Assembly (NCBI GenBank): GCA_964438505.1
Contig: CAYTKN010000001.1
Span: 181,509 to 245,508 of the forward strand
Origin: an uncultured Burkholderiales bacterium
GTDB lineage: Bacteria; Actinomycetota; Acidimicrobiia; IMCC26256; JACPCJ01
Direction of reading: 5' to 3'
DNA length: 64,000 nucleotides
The position numbers and the translations under genes were made by a program. Below are positions 9,757-18,564 of this stretch, in pieces (the stretch's first letter is position 1; each line of letters opens with the position of its first letter). The notes under the pieces were generated by a model that did not search any database, was not told the DNA's origin, and saw only the letters and a list, made by a program, of their open reading frames with translations.

Positions 9757-10365
9757 ATGGAAGCCGTCGCCGTCGCCTTCGCCGTCGTCTTCGTCGCCGA
9801 GCTCGGCGACAAGACGCAGCTCGTCCTCGCGGGCCTCGCCGCGACCCGGCGCGCCGCGCCGGTGCTGGCCGCCGCGGCGGTGGCGTACGCGGTGACCCAG
9901 GGCCTGGCGGCGCTCGCCGGCGGGGCGTTGGGGGCGGCGCTCCCCGAGACGCCGATCCGGATCGTGGCGGGGGTGGTGTTCCTCGGCTTCGCGGCGTGGA
10001 CGTGGGCCGAGTCGCGCGCAGTCGACTCGGACGACGCCGACAACGCTGACGACGCTGACGATGCCGACGGCGGTGAGCTCGGCGAGGAGGTCGGGAGGGG
10101 CCGGTCGCTGGTCGCCGCGGTCACGGCGATGAGCGTCGCCGAGGTGGGCGACAAGTCGATGCTGGCGACGGCCACGCTCGCCGCCGACCAGGGGTTCCTG
10201 GGCACCTGGATCGGGGCGACCGCGGGCATGACCGCGGCCGGTGTGCTCGCCGTGGTGGTGGGTCGGGCGCTCGGCAGCCGCGTGTCGCAGCGGACGACCC
10301 GCCGGGTCGCCGCCGCGCTCTTCGCCGTCTTCGGTGTTCTGCTCCTCCTCGACGCGCTCCTCTGA
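9757..10365 (+). CDS. GDT1/TMEM165 (UPF0016) family cation transporter
   Basis: ATG 9757 inside ORF 9520..10365. Two E-x-G-D-K-(T/S) motifs (AELGDKTQ, AEVGDKSM) in a two-repeat membrane protein with an acidic loop. Confidence 0.8.
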   Translation: MEAVAVAFAVVFVAELGDKTQLVLAGLAATRRAAPVLAAAAVAYAVTQGLAALAGGALGAALPETPIRIVAGVVFLGFAAWTWAESRAVDSDDADNADDADDADGGELGEEVGRGRSLVAAVTAMSVAEVGDKSMLATATLAADQGFLGTWIGATAGMTAAGVLAVVVGRALGSRVSQRTTRRVAAALFAVFGVLLLLDALL

Positions 10366-10443
10366 GACTGTTGCCACATACTATGGAGTATATATAGTAT
10401 GTTATAAACATAGTATGTGTTCCAATAGTATTGGAGCGACCAC
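10366..10443. promoter_or_regulatory. AT-rich junction with two palindromes upstream of the ATPase gene
   Basis: Striking AT-rich 78 bp in a GC-rich window. Inverted repeat CACATACTATG (10375-10385) / CATAGTATGTG (10409-10419). Palindrome CCAATAGTATTGG (10422-10434). A GGAG RBS precedes ATG 10444. Confidence 0.45.
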
Positions 10444-11877
10444 ATGGGCGACTTCGAGGCGACCACGCTCGACGACTTCTTCGACAGCACCGCTGACCGT
10501 CCCGTCCTCGGGTTGCTCTACGGGCGCCGACGCATCGGGAAGTCGACCCTCCTCGTCCAGCAGGTGGAGTCCCGTGGCGGCTTCTACTTCGAGGCCACGC
10601 GCGTGGAGTCCGCGGTGCAGTTGGACCGGCTCGGGAAGGCGCTCGGGGCGCACCTGGGGGTCGGTACGATCGCCCTGGCCGACTGGGAGGAGGCGTTCGA
10701 GGCGTTGTTGCGTCTGGGCTCCGGTGCACCCGTCCCGATCGTGCTCGACGAGTTCGGCCACGTCCTCGAGGCCGACCGCTCCGTCGACTCGGTCCTCGCA
10801 TCCGCGCTCGGCCCCGGAGCTCGTGCCCGGTCTTCGAGTCGGGCTCGCCTGGTGCTGTGCGGCTCGGCGATCGCGCTGATGCGGGCCCTGACCGCGGGGG
10901 AGGCGCCGCTTCGAGGGCGTGCCGGCATCGAGCTGGTCATGCGTCCGGACGACTACCGGGTCGCCGCGACCCGCCTCCCCGAACCCGACGACCTCGAGAC
11001 CGCGGCGCGCGTCTTTGCCGTCATCGGGGGCGTGGTCGGGTACGCGACCGACATGGTGAACTTCGATCTCCCGTCGGGGCGCGACGACTTCGACCGCTGG
11101 GTGGCCCATCGGGTGCTCTCCCCGGCAGCGACCCTGCACCGCGAGGCCACCACGCTCCTAGCGGAGGACCCGACCCTCGCCGGGCGCGGTTCGATGTTGC
11201 ACCACAGCCTCCTCGGGGTCATCGCCAACGGCTCCGTGACCGCCGGAGCCATCGCCAACCGGCTCGGGAAGCAGGTGTCGAACCTGGCTCCGGCGCTGAA
11301 CCGCCTCGTCGAGGCGGGGTTCGTGACCCGACACGAGGATCCGGTCCGGCACCGACGGCCGCTGTACGCCCTCGCCGACCCGTTCCTCCAGTTCCACTAC
11401 GCGGTGCTCGAACCCCACGGCCCGGCGCTGCGGGATCGTGATCCGTCGGAGGTCTGGGAGCGACGCCTCGTCGACGTGTTCGGCTCGCAGGTGCGGGGAC
11501 CGGTGTTCGAGGAGCAGGCCCGCACCTGGGTTCGACGGTTCGCGAGTGCCGAGACCCTCCCGGTCCGTGAGCACGTCGGGCCCTCGCACGTGACCGTCGA
11601 GGGTGTCGATCACCAACTCGACGTGGTGGTCACCGGCTCCGACCCGGATCCGGCCGAACGCCCGATCGTGGCGATCGGTGAGGCGAAGGCGGGTGAGACC
11701 GTGGGCACCGGCCACCTGCGACGCCTCGAGCGCGCCCGCGCGGCGTTCGGCCCGAAGGCGGCGGGGGCGAAGCTGCTCGTGTTCGCGGTGGCGGCCGACC
11801 CGGAGGTGGTCGAGGACGCCGAGGCGCGTCCGGACGTGGAGATCGTCGATCTGCCGCGTCTGTACCGAGGCGGATGA
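10444..11877 (+). CDS. AAA-type ATPase, archaeal-ATPase/DUF234-like architecture
   Basis: P-loop GRRRIGKST and Walker B IVLDEF. A long C-terminal region ends in a nuclease-fold-like segment (IVAIGEAKAGE). Confidence 0.65.
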   Translation: MGDFEATTLDDFFDSTADRPVLGLLYGRRRIGKSTLLVQQVESRGGFYFEATRVESAVQLDRLGKALGAHLGVGTIALADWEEAFEALLRLGSGAPVPIVLDEFGHVLEADRSVDSVLASALGPGARARSSSRARLVLCGSAIALMRALTAGEAPLRGRAGIELVMRPDDYRVAATRLPEPDDLETAARVFAVIGGVVGYATDMVNFDLPSGRDDFDRWVAHRVLSPAATLHREATTLLAEDPTLAGRGSMLHHSLLGVIANGSVTAGAIANRLGKQVSNLAPALNRLVEAGFVTRHEDPVRHRRPLYALADPFLQFHYAVLEPHGPALRDRDPSEVWERRLVDVFGSQVRGPVFEEQARTWVRRFASAETLPVREHVGPSHVTVEGVDHQLDVVVTGSDPDPAERPIVAIGEAKAGETVGTGHLRRLERARAAFGPKAAGAKLLVFAVAADPEVVEDAEARPDVEIVDLPRLYRGG

Positions 11878-11899
11878 CCGGAAGACGCCGGCCGCCGCG

Positions 11900-12826
11900 T
11901 CATGGGTCGTGGTCGGGTGGGGGTCGGGTGGTGCGGCGTCCTTCGTGGTGGTGGGGGCATCGGAGTCGACCGTTGGTCTGTTCGGTGAACCCGCCGGCAG
12001 CGTGGGGGTGGGTGTGGTCGACGTCGCAGCGTTCCGCGGGTTCGTCGCAGTAGTCGTGGGTGCATTCGCGGTCGCGGACTTCGACGGCGCGGCGGGTGGC
12101 GCCGGTGAAGAGGCGTTGCTTGACGCCCACGTCGAGGACGCGGGAGGCCCCGTCGAAGACGACGCGTTCGATGTCGGCTTCGGTGAGCCACCCGGCGAGC
12201 GCGCCGGGGGTGACCACGGTGCCGTCCGCGAGCTCGCAGACCCGCCCCGCGAGGGTCGGGTAGTCGACCAGGACGGTGAACAGCGGCCGGGGCCGCTTCG
12301 CGTCGGCGGGGGTGCTGGCGGCGCGGGTGGCCATCTCGACGAGCGCGTCGAAGCGGCGCTGCGCCGGAGTGCGCGCCAGGTGCTCGACACGCGTGTCGTC
12401 GCCGTGTTGCGCTTTGGCTTGGGTCCAGTCGTCGGCGAAGAGCTCGTCGTCGATGCGGGCGAGCACCTCCGCGACGATCCCACCACGGATCGCGTCCGCC
12501 TGCCCATCGAGCACCCACGACCCGTCGAGGGTTTGGGAGACGTGCAGGCGGCGCTGCTCCTGGGCTGTGGCCGCGTCGGCTTCGACGCCGTCGGGATCGG
12601 CGAGCTGCTCCCAGTAGGCGACCGCGCGCTGCCACTGCGCGAACGTCAACTCACGGGCCTGGTCGACGAGCAACGCCTCGTCGCGGGCGAAGAGCTCCGC
12701 GCGCTCCGGGGTCGCGGCGCGCGCCAAACGCTCCACGTGCGCGACGGTGACCGCCCCCGCTGACAGCGCTTCGGCGGTGGCGGGCATCTCGCGGAGCCGT
12801 CGCGCGAGGCGCACCCGACGGCGGCC
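11900..12826 (-). repeat. inverted repeat arm A (927 bp) shared with 24111..25037
   Basis: The encoded 308 aa differ at 11 positions from copy B, and the last 168 aa are identical. The off-frame track ORFs 12060..12263 and 24674..24877 are identical. Confidence 0.85.
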
Positions 12827-13180
12827 CTCGGCTTTCGGCAACCGGCAGCGTCGCGCCAGCCACGCCCCCGCCGAGCGCGCCCGATCCACCAGCCACACCC
12901 GCCGCGCGTCCCAGCGGCCCACCACCCGAGCCTGCGCAGCCTCGAAACGGGCGCGCACCCCCTCCAACCCCACCACCAACTCCGACAGCTCGGAGGCCGA
13001 CAGCGCGTCCACATCCAACCCGGCGAGCGCATCCACCCCCGCCGACAACCCCTCCAGCACCGCCCCGGGCGCGTCGTCCGGCAGCGCCACCGGCGCCACC
13101 GGCCCGGCAGGGCGCGCGGACAGCACCGGTCGCGCCGGCGCCTCGGTTCCCTGGAGCTCGGCCTCGTCGATCACGAACAC
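11900..13180 (-). CDS. DUF222 / HNH endonuclease (REP13E12-like), full-length copy A
   Basis: GTG start. C-terminal HNH-like RDRECTHDYCDEPAERCDVDHTHPHAAGGFTEQTNGRLRCPHHH. Near-identical second copy at 24087..25037. Confidence 0.85.
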   Translation of the reverse strand: MFVIDEAELQGTEAPARPVLSARPAGPVAPVALPDDAPGAVLEGLSAGVDALAGLDVDALSASELSELVVGLEGVRARFEAAQARVVGRWDARRVWLVDRARSAGAWLARRCRLPKAEGRRRVRLARRLREMPATAEALSAGAVTVAHVERLARAATPERAELFARDEALLVDQARELTFAQWQRAVAYWEQLADPDGVEADAATAQEQRRLHVSQTLDGSWVLDGQADAIRGGIVAEVLARIDDELFADDWTQAKAQHGDDTRVEHLARTPAQRRFDALVEMATRAASTPADAKRPRPLFTVLVDYPTLAGRVCELADGTVVTPGALAGWLTEADIERVVFDGASRVLDVGVKQRLFTGATRRAVEVRDRECTHDYCDEPAERCDVDHTHPHAAGGFTEQTNGRLRCPHHHEGRRTTRPPPDHDP

Positions 13181-13402
13181 ATGTTCGCACCCGCCTGTGA
13201 CAAGAACACCGCCAAACCGGGCCCACCCGCCAGAACATCGAGATTCTTTGGATTCGGAGCGGGACCCGTTCAGAGCTGCTGGTGATGTGGCGGCGGGGTT
13301 CGAGGGAGACGAGCCAAGTGGCGCCGGCGACCGAGATCAGGGGGAGGAGTTGTCCGCGGCCTGACGGGAGCCGGCAATCGGTTCCGCGTCGGCCCGGGCG
13401 GG

Positions 13403-15214
13403 TCAGCGGTGGCGGGCGAGGCGGCGGGTGGCCTCCACGTAGAGCATGCGGGCGGCGAGGGCGAGGAAGAGGATCGCCACCAGGGCGGTGACGGTGGTCG
13501 CCGACCAGGGGGAGCCCGCTTCGTCGTCGGCGGAGGGGCGGTCGACCGCGAGGGGCTGGCGCGGCATCCCGGACGACCCATCCTCACCGTCGGTCGCCTG
13601 GGTGCCGCCGCTGTCGCCGCCTGCGGTCGACGCACCGCCTGGGGTGCCCGGCGTCGCCGTGCCTCCGGCGTTGCTCGTCGTGCCGCCGCCGGTGCTGCCG
13701 GTGCTGGTGTCGGTGGTGCCGCTGGTGTCGCTGCCGGTGACGAGCGAGAGGTCGCCGCCGTCGCCGCTGTCACCCCCGGAGTCGCCCGAGGTGGTCGGGT
13801 CCCAGAACGCGCCGCCGGAGGATCCGCCGGTGCTGCTGCCGGACCCGTCGCTGGTGCCGCTGTTGTCGCCGGTGCCGCCGCCACCGCTGGTCGTGTCGCT
13901 ACTCGTGCCGCCGCCGGTGCCGCTGGTGCCGCCGGTCGAGCCGCCGGAGCCACCGGTGGTCGACGAGCCGTCGTCGCCGGGTTCGGTCGAGGGCGAGGAG
14001 CCGGAGGTCGTGGTGGTCGACGACGACGAGGAGCCGGAGGTGGTCGTGGTCGTCGAGCTGGTCGAGCTCGACGAGGAGGGGCTGTCGGAGTCGGCGCGGC
14101 AGTCGGTCATGGCGCAGTAGACGTCGAGGACGCCGCCGGTGGCGACCTTGCCGTCGAGCGCGTCCACCGGGCGGACGTTGTCGAGGATGCGCGCCTTGAG
14201 CTCGCCGACCGACAGGCCGGGCTCGTGGGCGAGGATCAGCGCCGCCGCGCCGGAGACGAACGCCGTCGACAGCGATGAGCCATCCGCGATGCAGTCCTCG
14301 TTCTGGGGGGTTGTGCAGATGTTCTCGCCGGGAGCGGCGAGGTCGACCGACTTCGCGCCGTAGTTGGATCGGGTCCACAGCTCGTCGTCGTGGTCGGTGG
14401 CGGCCACACAAAGCTGGTTGGCCATTCCGAAGTTGCACGGGTATTGGGGGTCTGCGTCGTTGTTGTCGCCGGAGTTGCCCGCCCCGGTGACGACGAGGAT
14501 GCCGTGGTCGCCAGCCTTGGCGATCTTGTCCTCGAGGGTTTGGTTGTTGCTCACCCAAGCGCCCCAGGAGGCGTTGATGACGCGCACGTTCACCCCATCC
14601 TGCTTGGCGCGGATCACCCAGTCGAGCGCCTCGCTCACGGTTCCGATGTCCTTGGAGCTCCCATAGGTGACCCCCATGATCGCGGTGGTCCAATTCACCC
14701 CGGCGAGACCGGTCTCGTTGTGGCCCACGGCCCCCATCACGTGGGCCATATCGCTGCCGTGCCCGCCACCGTCGCGATTGGGCGCGCACTCCTGAGTGGG
14801 GACGTGGTAGCCGTGCGTGCCGGCGGGGCACTTGTTGACCTTTTCGGAGCTCTCCCACACGTTGGCGGCGAGGTCCTGGGCTTCGTAGTCGAGGTCCTGG
14901 TCGATGAGGCCGATCACCACCGATTTCGAGCCGGTGGTGAGCCCCCAGGCCTCCGTGGCGTTGATGTCGGCCCCGGGGGTGCCCTCGTCCCAGTCGGGGC
15001 CCATCTGGCCGGTGTTCTCGAGGGCCCACTGGTCGTCGTACATGCGGTCGTTCGGGCGGCGCTCGGAACCGGCCACCACCGCCACCGGCATCAACAGGGC
15101 GACCACAGCGGAAACCGCCAGCGTCGCAAGCCCGTGCTGGTTGCTCGGGCGCGGACCGCCACCCGACCCGCTCGGGGCCGGGTGGCGGTCGCGGGTGCCG
15201 CCTCGGCGGATCAT
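13403..15214 (-). CDS. secreted subtilisin-like S8 serine peptidase with Ser/Thr/Gly-rich stalk and C-terminal membrane anchor
   Basis: Catalytic motifs VVIGLIDQD (Asp), GGGHGSDMAHVMGA (His), INASWG (Asn), DGSSLSTAFVSGAAAL (Ser). About 190 aa of S/T/G low complexity. Terminal TM VTALVAILFLALAA. Starts 10 nt after the upstream gene stop. Confidence 0.85.
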   Translation of the reverse strand: MIRRGGTRDRHPAPSGSGGGPRPSNQHGLATLAVSAVVALLMPVAVVAGSERRPNDRMYDDQWALENTGQMGPDWDEGTPGADINATEAWGLTTGSKSVVIGLIDQDLDYEAQDLAANVWESSEKVNKCPAGTHGYHVPTQECAPNRDGGGHGSDMAHVMGAVGHNETGLAGVNWTTAIMGVTYGSSKDIGTVSEALDWVIRAKQDGVNVRVINASWGAWVSNNQTLEDKIAKAGDHGILVVTGAGNSGDNNDADPQYPCNFGMANQLCVAATDHDDELWTRSNYGAKSVDLAAPGENICTTPQNEDCIADGSSLSTAFVSGAAALILAHEPGLSVGELKARILDNVRPVDALDGKVATGGVLDVYCAMTDCRADSDSPSSSSSTSSTTTTTSGSSSSSTTTTSGSSPSTEPGDDGSSTTGGSGGSTGGTSGTGGGTSSDTTSGGGGTGDNSGTSDGSGSSTGGSSGGAFWDPTTSGDSGGDSGDGGDLSLVTGSDTSGTTDTSTGSTGGGTTSNAGGTATPGTPGGASTAGGDSGGTQATDGEDGSSGMPRQPLAVDRPSADDEAGSPWSATTVTALVAILFLALAARMLYVEATRRLARHR

Positions 15215-15224
15215 CGACGTCCGC

Positions 15225-16466
15225 TCATGCGTCGGGTGGTTCCTCGTCGGGGTGCCAGGCGATCACGGTGCCCAGCGACACGCTCGGGTTCGGTTCCTCG
15301 AAAGGTACGACCACCCGGGTGGCGGCCGAGTCGGCCTCGAGGCACAGCCACGCCTCCTGGCCGTTGGCGTAGGCGTCGACCATGTAGTCGACCGGGCCGA
15401 TCCCACCGTGGGCGATCGGGTGGTTGCCGGGCACCAGGTTGGGTGGGTCGCTCGTCGTCGTGCACGCCGTCGAGTCGCCGTCGGTCGACGGGGTCCCCAC
15501 GCCGCCGCCGGAGATCTCGGGATCGGCGCCGCTGGAGTCGATCACCAGCTTGCCGCCGTAGCCGTCGCCGCTGCCGGTGTCTTCCACGCGGGTGCACACC
15601 CACACCTCGTCGGAGGACGGCTGATGCGTGTAGAGCTTCGTGTACACCCCCTCGGTGGTGGAGTCCACGACGCGGGTCCCGCCGTTGAGTTCACAGTCCT
15701 GCGACGGCGTTCGGATGTCACTTGGTTCGAAGTCGATGAGCGGGTCGAGGTCAAGGAGCGGGTCGGTCGCGGGACTCGTCATGCTGAAGGTGCCCGTAAG
15801 TCGTTGAATGTTGGCAGCCGCCACTTCCGTCGCTTCACCAGTGAAGTCGAGGTCGACAGGAGCCACCGCCCACGCTTCATCGCAGGGAAGGTCACTCTTA
15901 TCGTCCCAGCAGACGCTCAGGTCGGTGACGACATCGAGCTCCCATGTGTCCTTACCGTCGAGGCCGACGCGCCGGTAGGTGCCCACCGCGTCAGGACCCA
16001 ACTTGGCTTCGGGGGTTAGATCACCACCGGCAAGGGATCCAGCGATGTCGTAAAAGAGGAATCGCTCGAAATTGATGCTGTCGATGGTGCCTTCCTCGGT
16101 GAGGCTTGTCCAGGATCCCGAGGTGGTGCTCCCGGTGAAACACGGAGCCTCCTCTTGAAAGCAGAGCAGTTCAATACCGAGCGGGCCACCATCACGTGTC
16201 CATACCCCGTGAACGTATTGGAATTCCTGCGCTTCCCAGGCTGTGGGCGTGCCCGTACGCTTCCAGTCACCGTCCCATTTCCCGGTAACGATCTCGGTCG
16301 TGGCCTTCACGTCGGTGGGGTCGGCCTGCGCGTCGCCGACGGGGGTCAGCGCCAGCATGGCCACCGCCAGCGTGACCGTGAGGAGTCGCCGCAGCGCATG
16401 TGACCGCCTCCTCCCCGTCGTGGTCTCCCGCCGTTCCCGCCGTGTGGTGCTTCTCGTCGTCTGCAC
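15225..16466 (-). CDS. secreted protein of unknown function, co-operonic with the S8 peptidase
   Basis: Track ORF 15225..16724 trimmed to GTG 16466. Arg-rich N-region plus hydrophobic core ...RRRSHALRRLLTVTLAVAMLALTPVGDAQA (possibly Tat-like). Mature part has 8 Cys. Visibly lower GC. Confidence 0.55.
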   Translation of the reverse strand: MQTTRSTTRRERRETTTGRRRSHALRRLLTVTLAVAMLALTPVGDAQADPTDVKATTEIVTGKWDGDWKRTGTPTAWEAQEFQYVHGVWTRDGGPLGIELLCFQEEAPCFTGSTTSGSWTSLTEEGTIDSINFERFLFYDIAGSLAGGDLTPEAKLGPDAVGTYRRVGLDGKDTWELDVVTDLSVCWDDKSDLPCDEAWAVAPVDLDFTGEATEVAAANIQRLTGTFSMTSPATDPLLDLDPLIDFEPSDIRTPSQDCELNGGTRVVDSTTEGVYTKLYTHQPSSDEVWVCTRVEDTGSGDGYGGKLVIDSSGADPEISGGGVGTPSTDGDSTACTTTSDPPNLVPGNHPIAHGGIGPVDYMVDAYANGQEAWLCLEADSAATRVVVPFEEPNPSVSLGTVIAWHPDEEPPDA

Positions 16467-16582
16467 GTGGATCCTCCCCGTGGTTCGGCGTGCTCGCCGA
16501 AGGCCCGTTCCGGCACCGCCCGGGGCCACCTGCCGTGGCGGCGGGTGCAGGTGGTGAGTGTGCAAGCACCGTTCGCAGCTTG

Positions 16583-16602
16583 CATCCCCCGATCGGGGGA
16601 TG
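16583..16602. promoter_or_regulatory. perfect 20-bp palindrome CATCCCCCGATCGGGGGATG (island motif, site a)
   Basis: 116 nt upstream of start 16466. Related copies at 18380, 20231, 21641 and 22833. Confidence 0.45.
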
Positions 16603-16736
16603 TGCCGGTGTCGGCGCGGTGGGGACACTGCTCGCGGTCCTCGCGTGGGTTCCCGAAAGCCGGATCGAGGTTCGGTTCGCACGCGATCGTCGTGTTGTTG
16701 TCGCCGGTGCGACGGTACAGACACGTCAAGGAGTTT

Positions 16737-16793
16737 TGAACCGGTTCATTTGCGCGTGTTGGGGGGTCCAACACGCGCTCTGAGCGCGTGTTG
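16737..16793. promoter_or_regulatory. palindrome TGAACCGGTTCA plus three alternating GCGCGTGTTG(G) arms (alternative hairpins or a multi-site operator)
   Basis: GCGCGTGTTGG 16752-16762, CCAACACGCGC 16768-16778, GCGCGTGTTG 16784-16793, with 5-nt spacers. Confidence 0.4.
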
Positions 16794-16848
16794 ACACCAC
16801 GAATTCGGGACGCACCATGACGGTCTCCTCGAACGCCGCGTCGGCCGG

Positions 16849-18270
16849 TCATCGGTTCTCCCGGTCCGACGCGGCCCGCTCCGCTCGCCTGGCACGCCCC
16901 CACGCCGGGTCACCCGGTGGGGGGAGCGAGTCGGGGTCGGCCCAGTAGAGGGAGAGCGCCCAGCCGAGGCTGGCGACGTCCACCGGGTTGGCGAGATCGA
17001 GGCCGCAGCGCGATTCGATCTGGCGGAGCTTGCGGCGCACCTCCTTGGTCCCCACCCCGAGCCGCCGCGCCGTGGCGGCCCAGTTCCCGCGGGTGTCGCG
17101 CAGCGCGGTGAGCGCCTCGAGGTCGCGCCGCGCCCGGTCGTGGCGGCGGGCCAGCGCGGGACCGACGACCGCGTCGACGTCGAGGACGCGGGCGTCGTCG
17201 TCGGGTTGGCTCGCCGCCCACACCAGCGCGAGGTCGAAGGCGCGGAGCACCCGGCCGCGCGGCCGGAACCGCTCCAGGACGCCGAGACGCCGGCGTAGGC
17301 CCCGGTAGACGCCGGCGAGCTCCTCGAGCGCCGCGACCGGCTCGGCGACCGCCACCAGCCCTGCCTCCTCCAGGCGCGGCGTCAGCGTCGCGACCACCTC
17401 GTCCCAGGTGCGCTCCCGCAGCGGCACCACCGCCACCACGTGCGGGTGCGGGTCCGCCACGGTCGGGGCGACCAGGCCGAGAGCGACCACCGGGGTGAGC
17501 GTCACGACCCGAGCGCGCAGGTCCCGTTCCCCCACGACGCCGCCGTCGTCTCGGGCGGCTGGGTCGGCCGGGTCACGTCCGAGCGGGGCGACGACCAGCA
17601 GGGCCGCCGGCGCCTCGAGCGTCGAGGCGCACCGCCGTGCGGCGACGGCCACCTGCTCGTCGCTGTCGAAGTCGCCGGCGAGCAGCGAGGCGAGGAAGTC
17701 GCGGCGGGCCTCGGCGGCGCGCACCGCGTCCGGCCGGTGGTAGCCGCGCTCGAACGCCGCCCACTGGGCGGTGCGGAACTCCTGGGCGTGCAACGCCAGA
17801 TGCCGGGACGCCGCCCACACGTCCACCCGCCGCGGCGACCACTCCTCGGTCAGCACCGCCAGCTCGTCGTAGAGGTACTCGAACCCCGCGGCGTTGGCGG
17901 CGCTCGTCGCCGCGTGCAACCCCTCCAGGGGCACCCCCTGGTGCGCCCGCTGCTCACCCACCGCCTCGAGCACCTCCACCTCACCGGCGGAGAGCCCGCG
18001 GCCCTCACGCAACGTCCGCAACAGCAGGCTCGCCGTGCGGGTCACCCCGAAGCGCACCGCCTCGAGCGCGTCACCCGAGAGGTTCCGGTAGCCGGGTGCC
18101 GCGTCGCGCACCGCGGCGAGGATCGCCTCGACCAACCCGTCGAGGTCACCCTCGACGCGCTCGGCCAACATCCGGCAGCACTCCGCCGGGCTCACGTGCA
18201 GCGGCACCGCCTCGCTGCCCGACGAGCGCCCCGCCGCACCCGAATCGTCGTCGTGCTTCGCCATCGCCAC
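16849..18270 (-). CDS. PucR/CdaR-like transcriptional regulator (paralog 1)
   Basis: Large N-terminal sensor-like region. C-terminal HTH WAATARRLGVGTKEVRRKLRQIESRCGLDL. The tail ...YWADPDSLPPPGDPAWG is shared with 20276..21625. Confidence 0.6.
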   Translation of the reverse strand: MAMAKHDDDSGAAGRSSGSEAVPLHVSPAECCRMLAERVEGDLDGLVEAILAAVRDAAPGYRNLSGDALEAVRFGVTRTASLLLRTLREGRGLSAGEVEVLEAVGEQRAHQGVPLEGLHAATSAANAAGFEYLYDELAVLTEEWSPRRVDVWAASRHLALHAQEFRTAQWAAFERGYHRPDAVRAAEARRDFLASLLAGDFDSDEQVAVAARRCASTLEAPAALLVVAPLGRDPADPAARDDGGVVGERDLRARVVTLTPVVALGLVAPTVADPHPHVVAVVPLRERTWDEVVATLTPRLEEAGLVAVAEPVAALEELAGVYRGLRRRLGVLERFRPRGRVLRAFDLALVWAASQPDDDARVLDVDAVVGPALARRHDRARRDLEALTALRDTRGNWAATARRLGVGTKEVRRKLRQIESRCGLDLANPVDVASLGWALSLYWADPDSLPPPGDPAWGRARRAERAASDRENR

Positions 18271-18379
18271 CTCCCCGACGTCGATGGCCCTCTACTGAGG
18301 GACACGCAGACGAGCCGAAAAAGTGTCGGTGTGAACGCGGAAACGTGCGCCGCCGTCGTTCCCGGATCGCGGAATCTGA

Positions 18380-18395
18380 GGGGAATCGGGGGACG
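18380..18395. promoter_or_regulatory. half-site of the island palindrome (minus-strand reading CGTCCCCCGATTCCCC, site e)
   Basis: About 112 nt upstream of the regulator start at 18270, inside a lower-GC divergent promoter region with A6/T7 runs. Confidence 0.3.
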
Positions 18396-18564
18396 CGAGC
18401 CGGCGGCGCGGGGGCGCAGCGGGCAAAAAATCGGCCTCCGAGCAAATTTTTTTCGTTTCGACCGTCACATTTTCGGGACTTCTGCGTGTACCCGAGGGGA
18501 GGAACCGCGCGGAGGCGGAAAATTCCGCGCGCAACGTGGTGGGTCGACCACCGCACGTAATGAC

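Noticed and set aside
8697-10490. 597-aa version of the PEP-mutase-family ORF
   Set aside because: The upstream 300 codons are low-complexity, overlap the GDT1 gene antisense and run into the AT-rich patch. Family-typical sequence begins at GTG 9578.
10444-13180. ATPase plus HNH pair as a Septu-like or other ATPase-nuclease defence system
   Set aside because: The genes are convergent rather than co-oriented. The HNH protein is a DUF222/REP13E12-type selfish-element protein with a second copy elsewhere. The ATPase looks like the archaeal-ATPase/DUF234 type rather than the ABC/AAA_15 type. Adjacency is probably incidental.
13403-14110. Highly repetitive GGC/ACC/AGC-rich DNA, checked as a possible CRISPR or satellite
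   Set aside because: It is the in-frame Ser/Thr/Gly-rich stalk of the S8 peptidase. There is no repeat-spacer periodicity. I found no CRISPR array anywhere in the window.
18400-18470. A6...T7-flanked weak stem (AAAAAATCGGCCTCCGAGCAAATTTTTTT) as a terminator
   Set aside because: The stem is only about 4 bp, and the element lies between divergently transcribed genes where no terminator is needed. It is more likely AT-rich promoter DNA.
17440-18564. Upstream 375 codons of track ORF 17440..19848
   Set aside because: They are antisense to the PucR-like regulator gene and cross the non-coding divergent promoter region. The credible start is ATG 18565.
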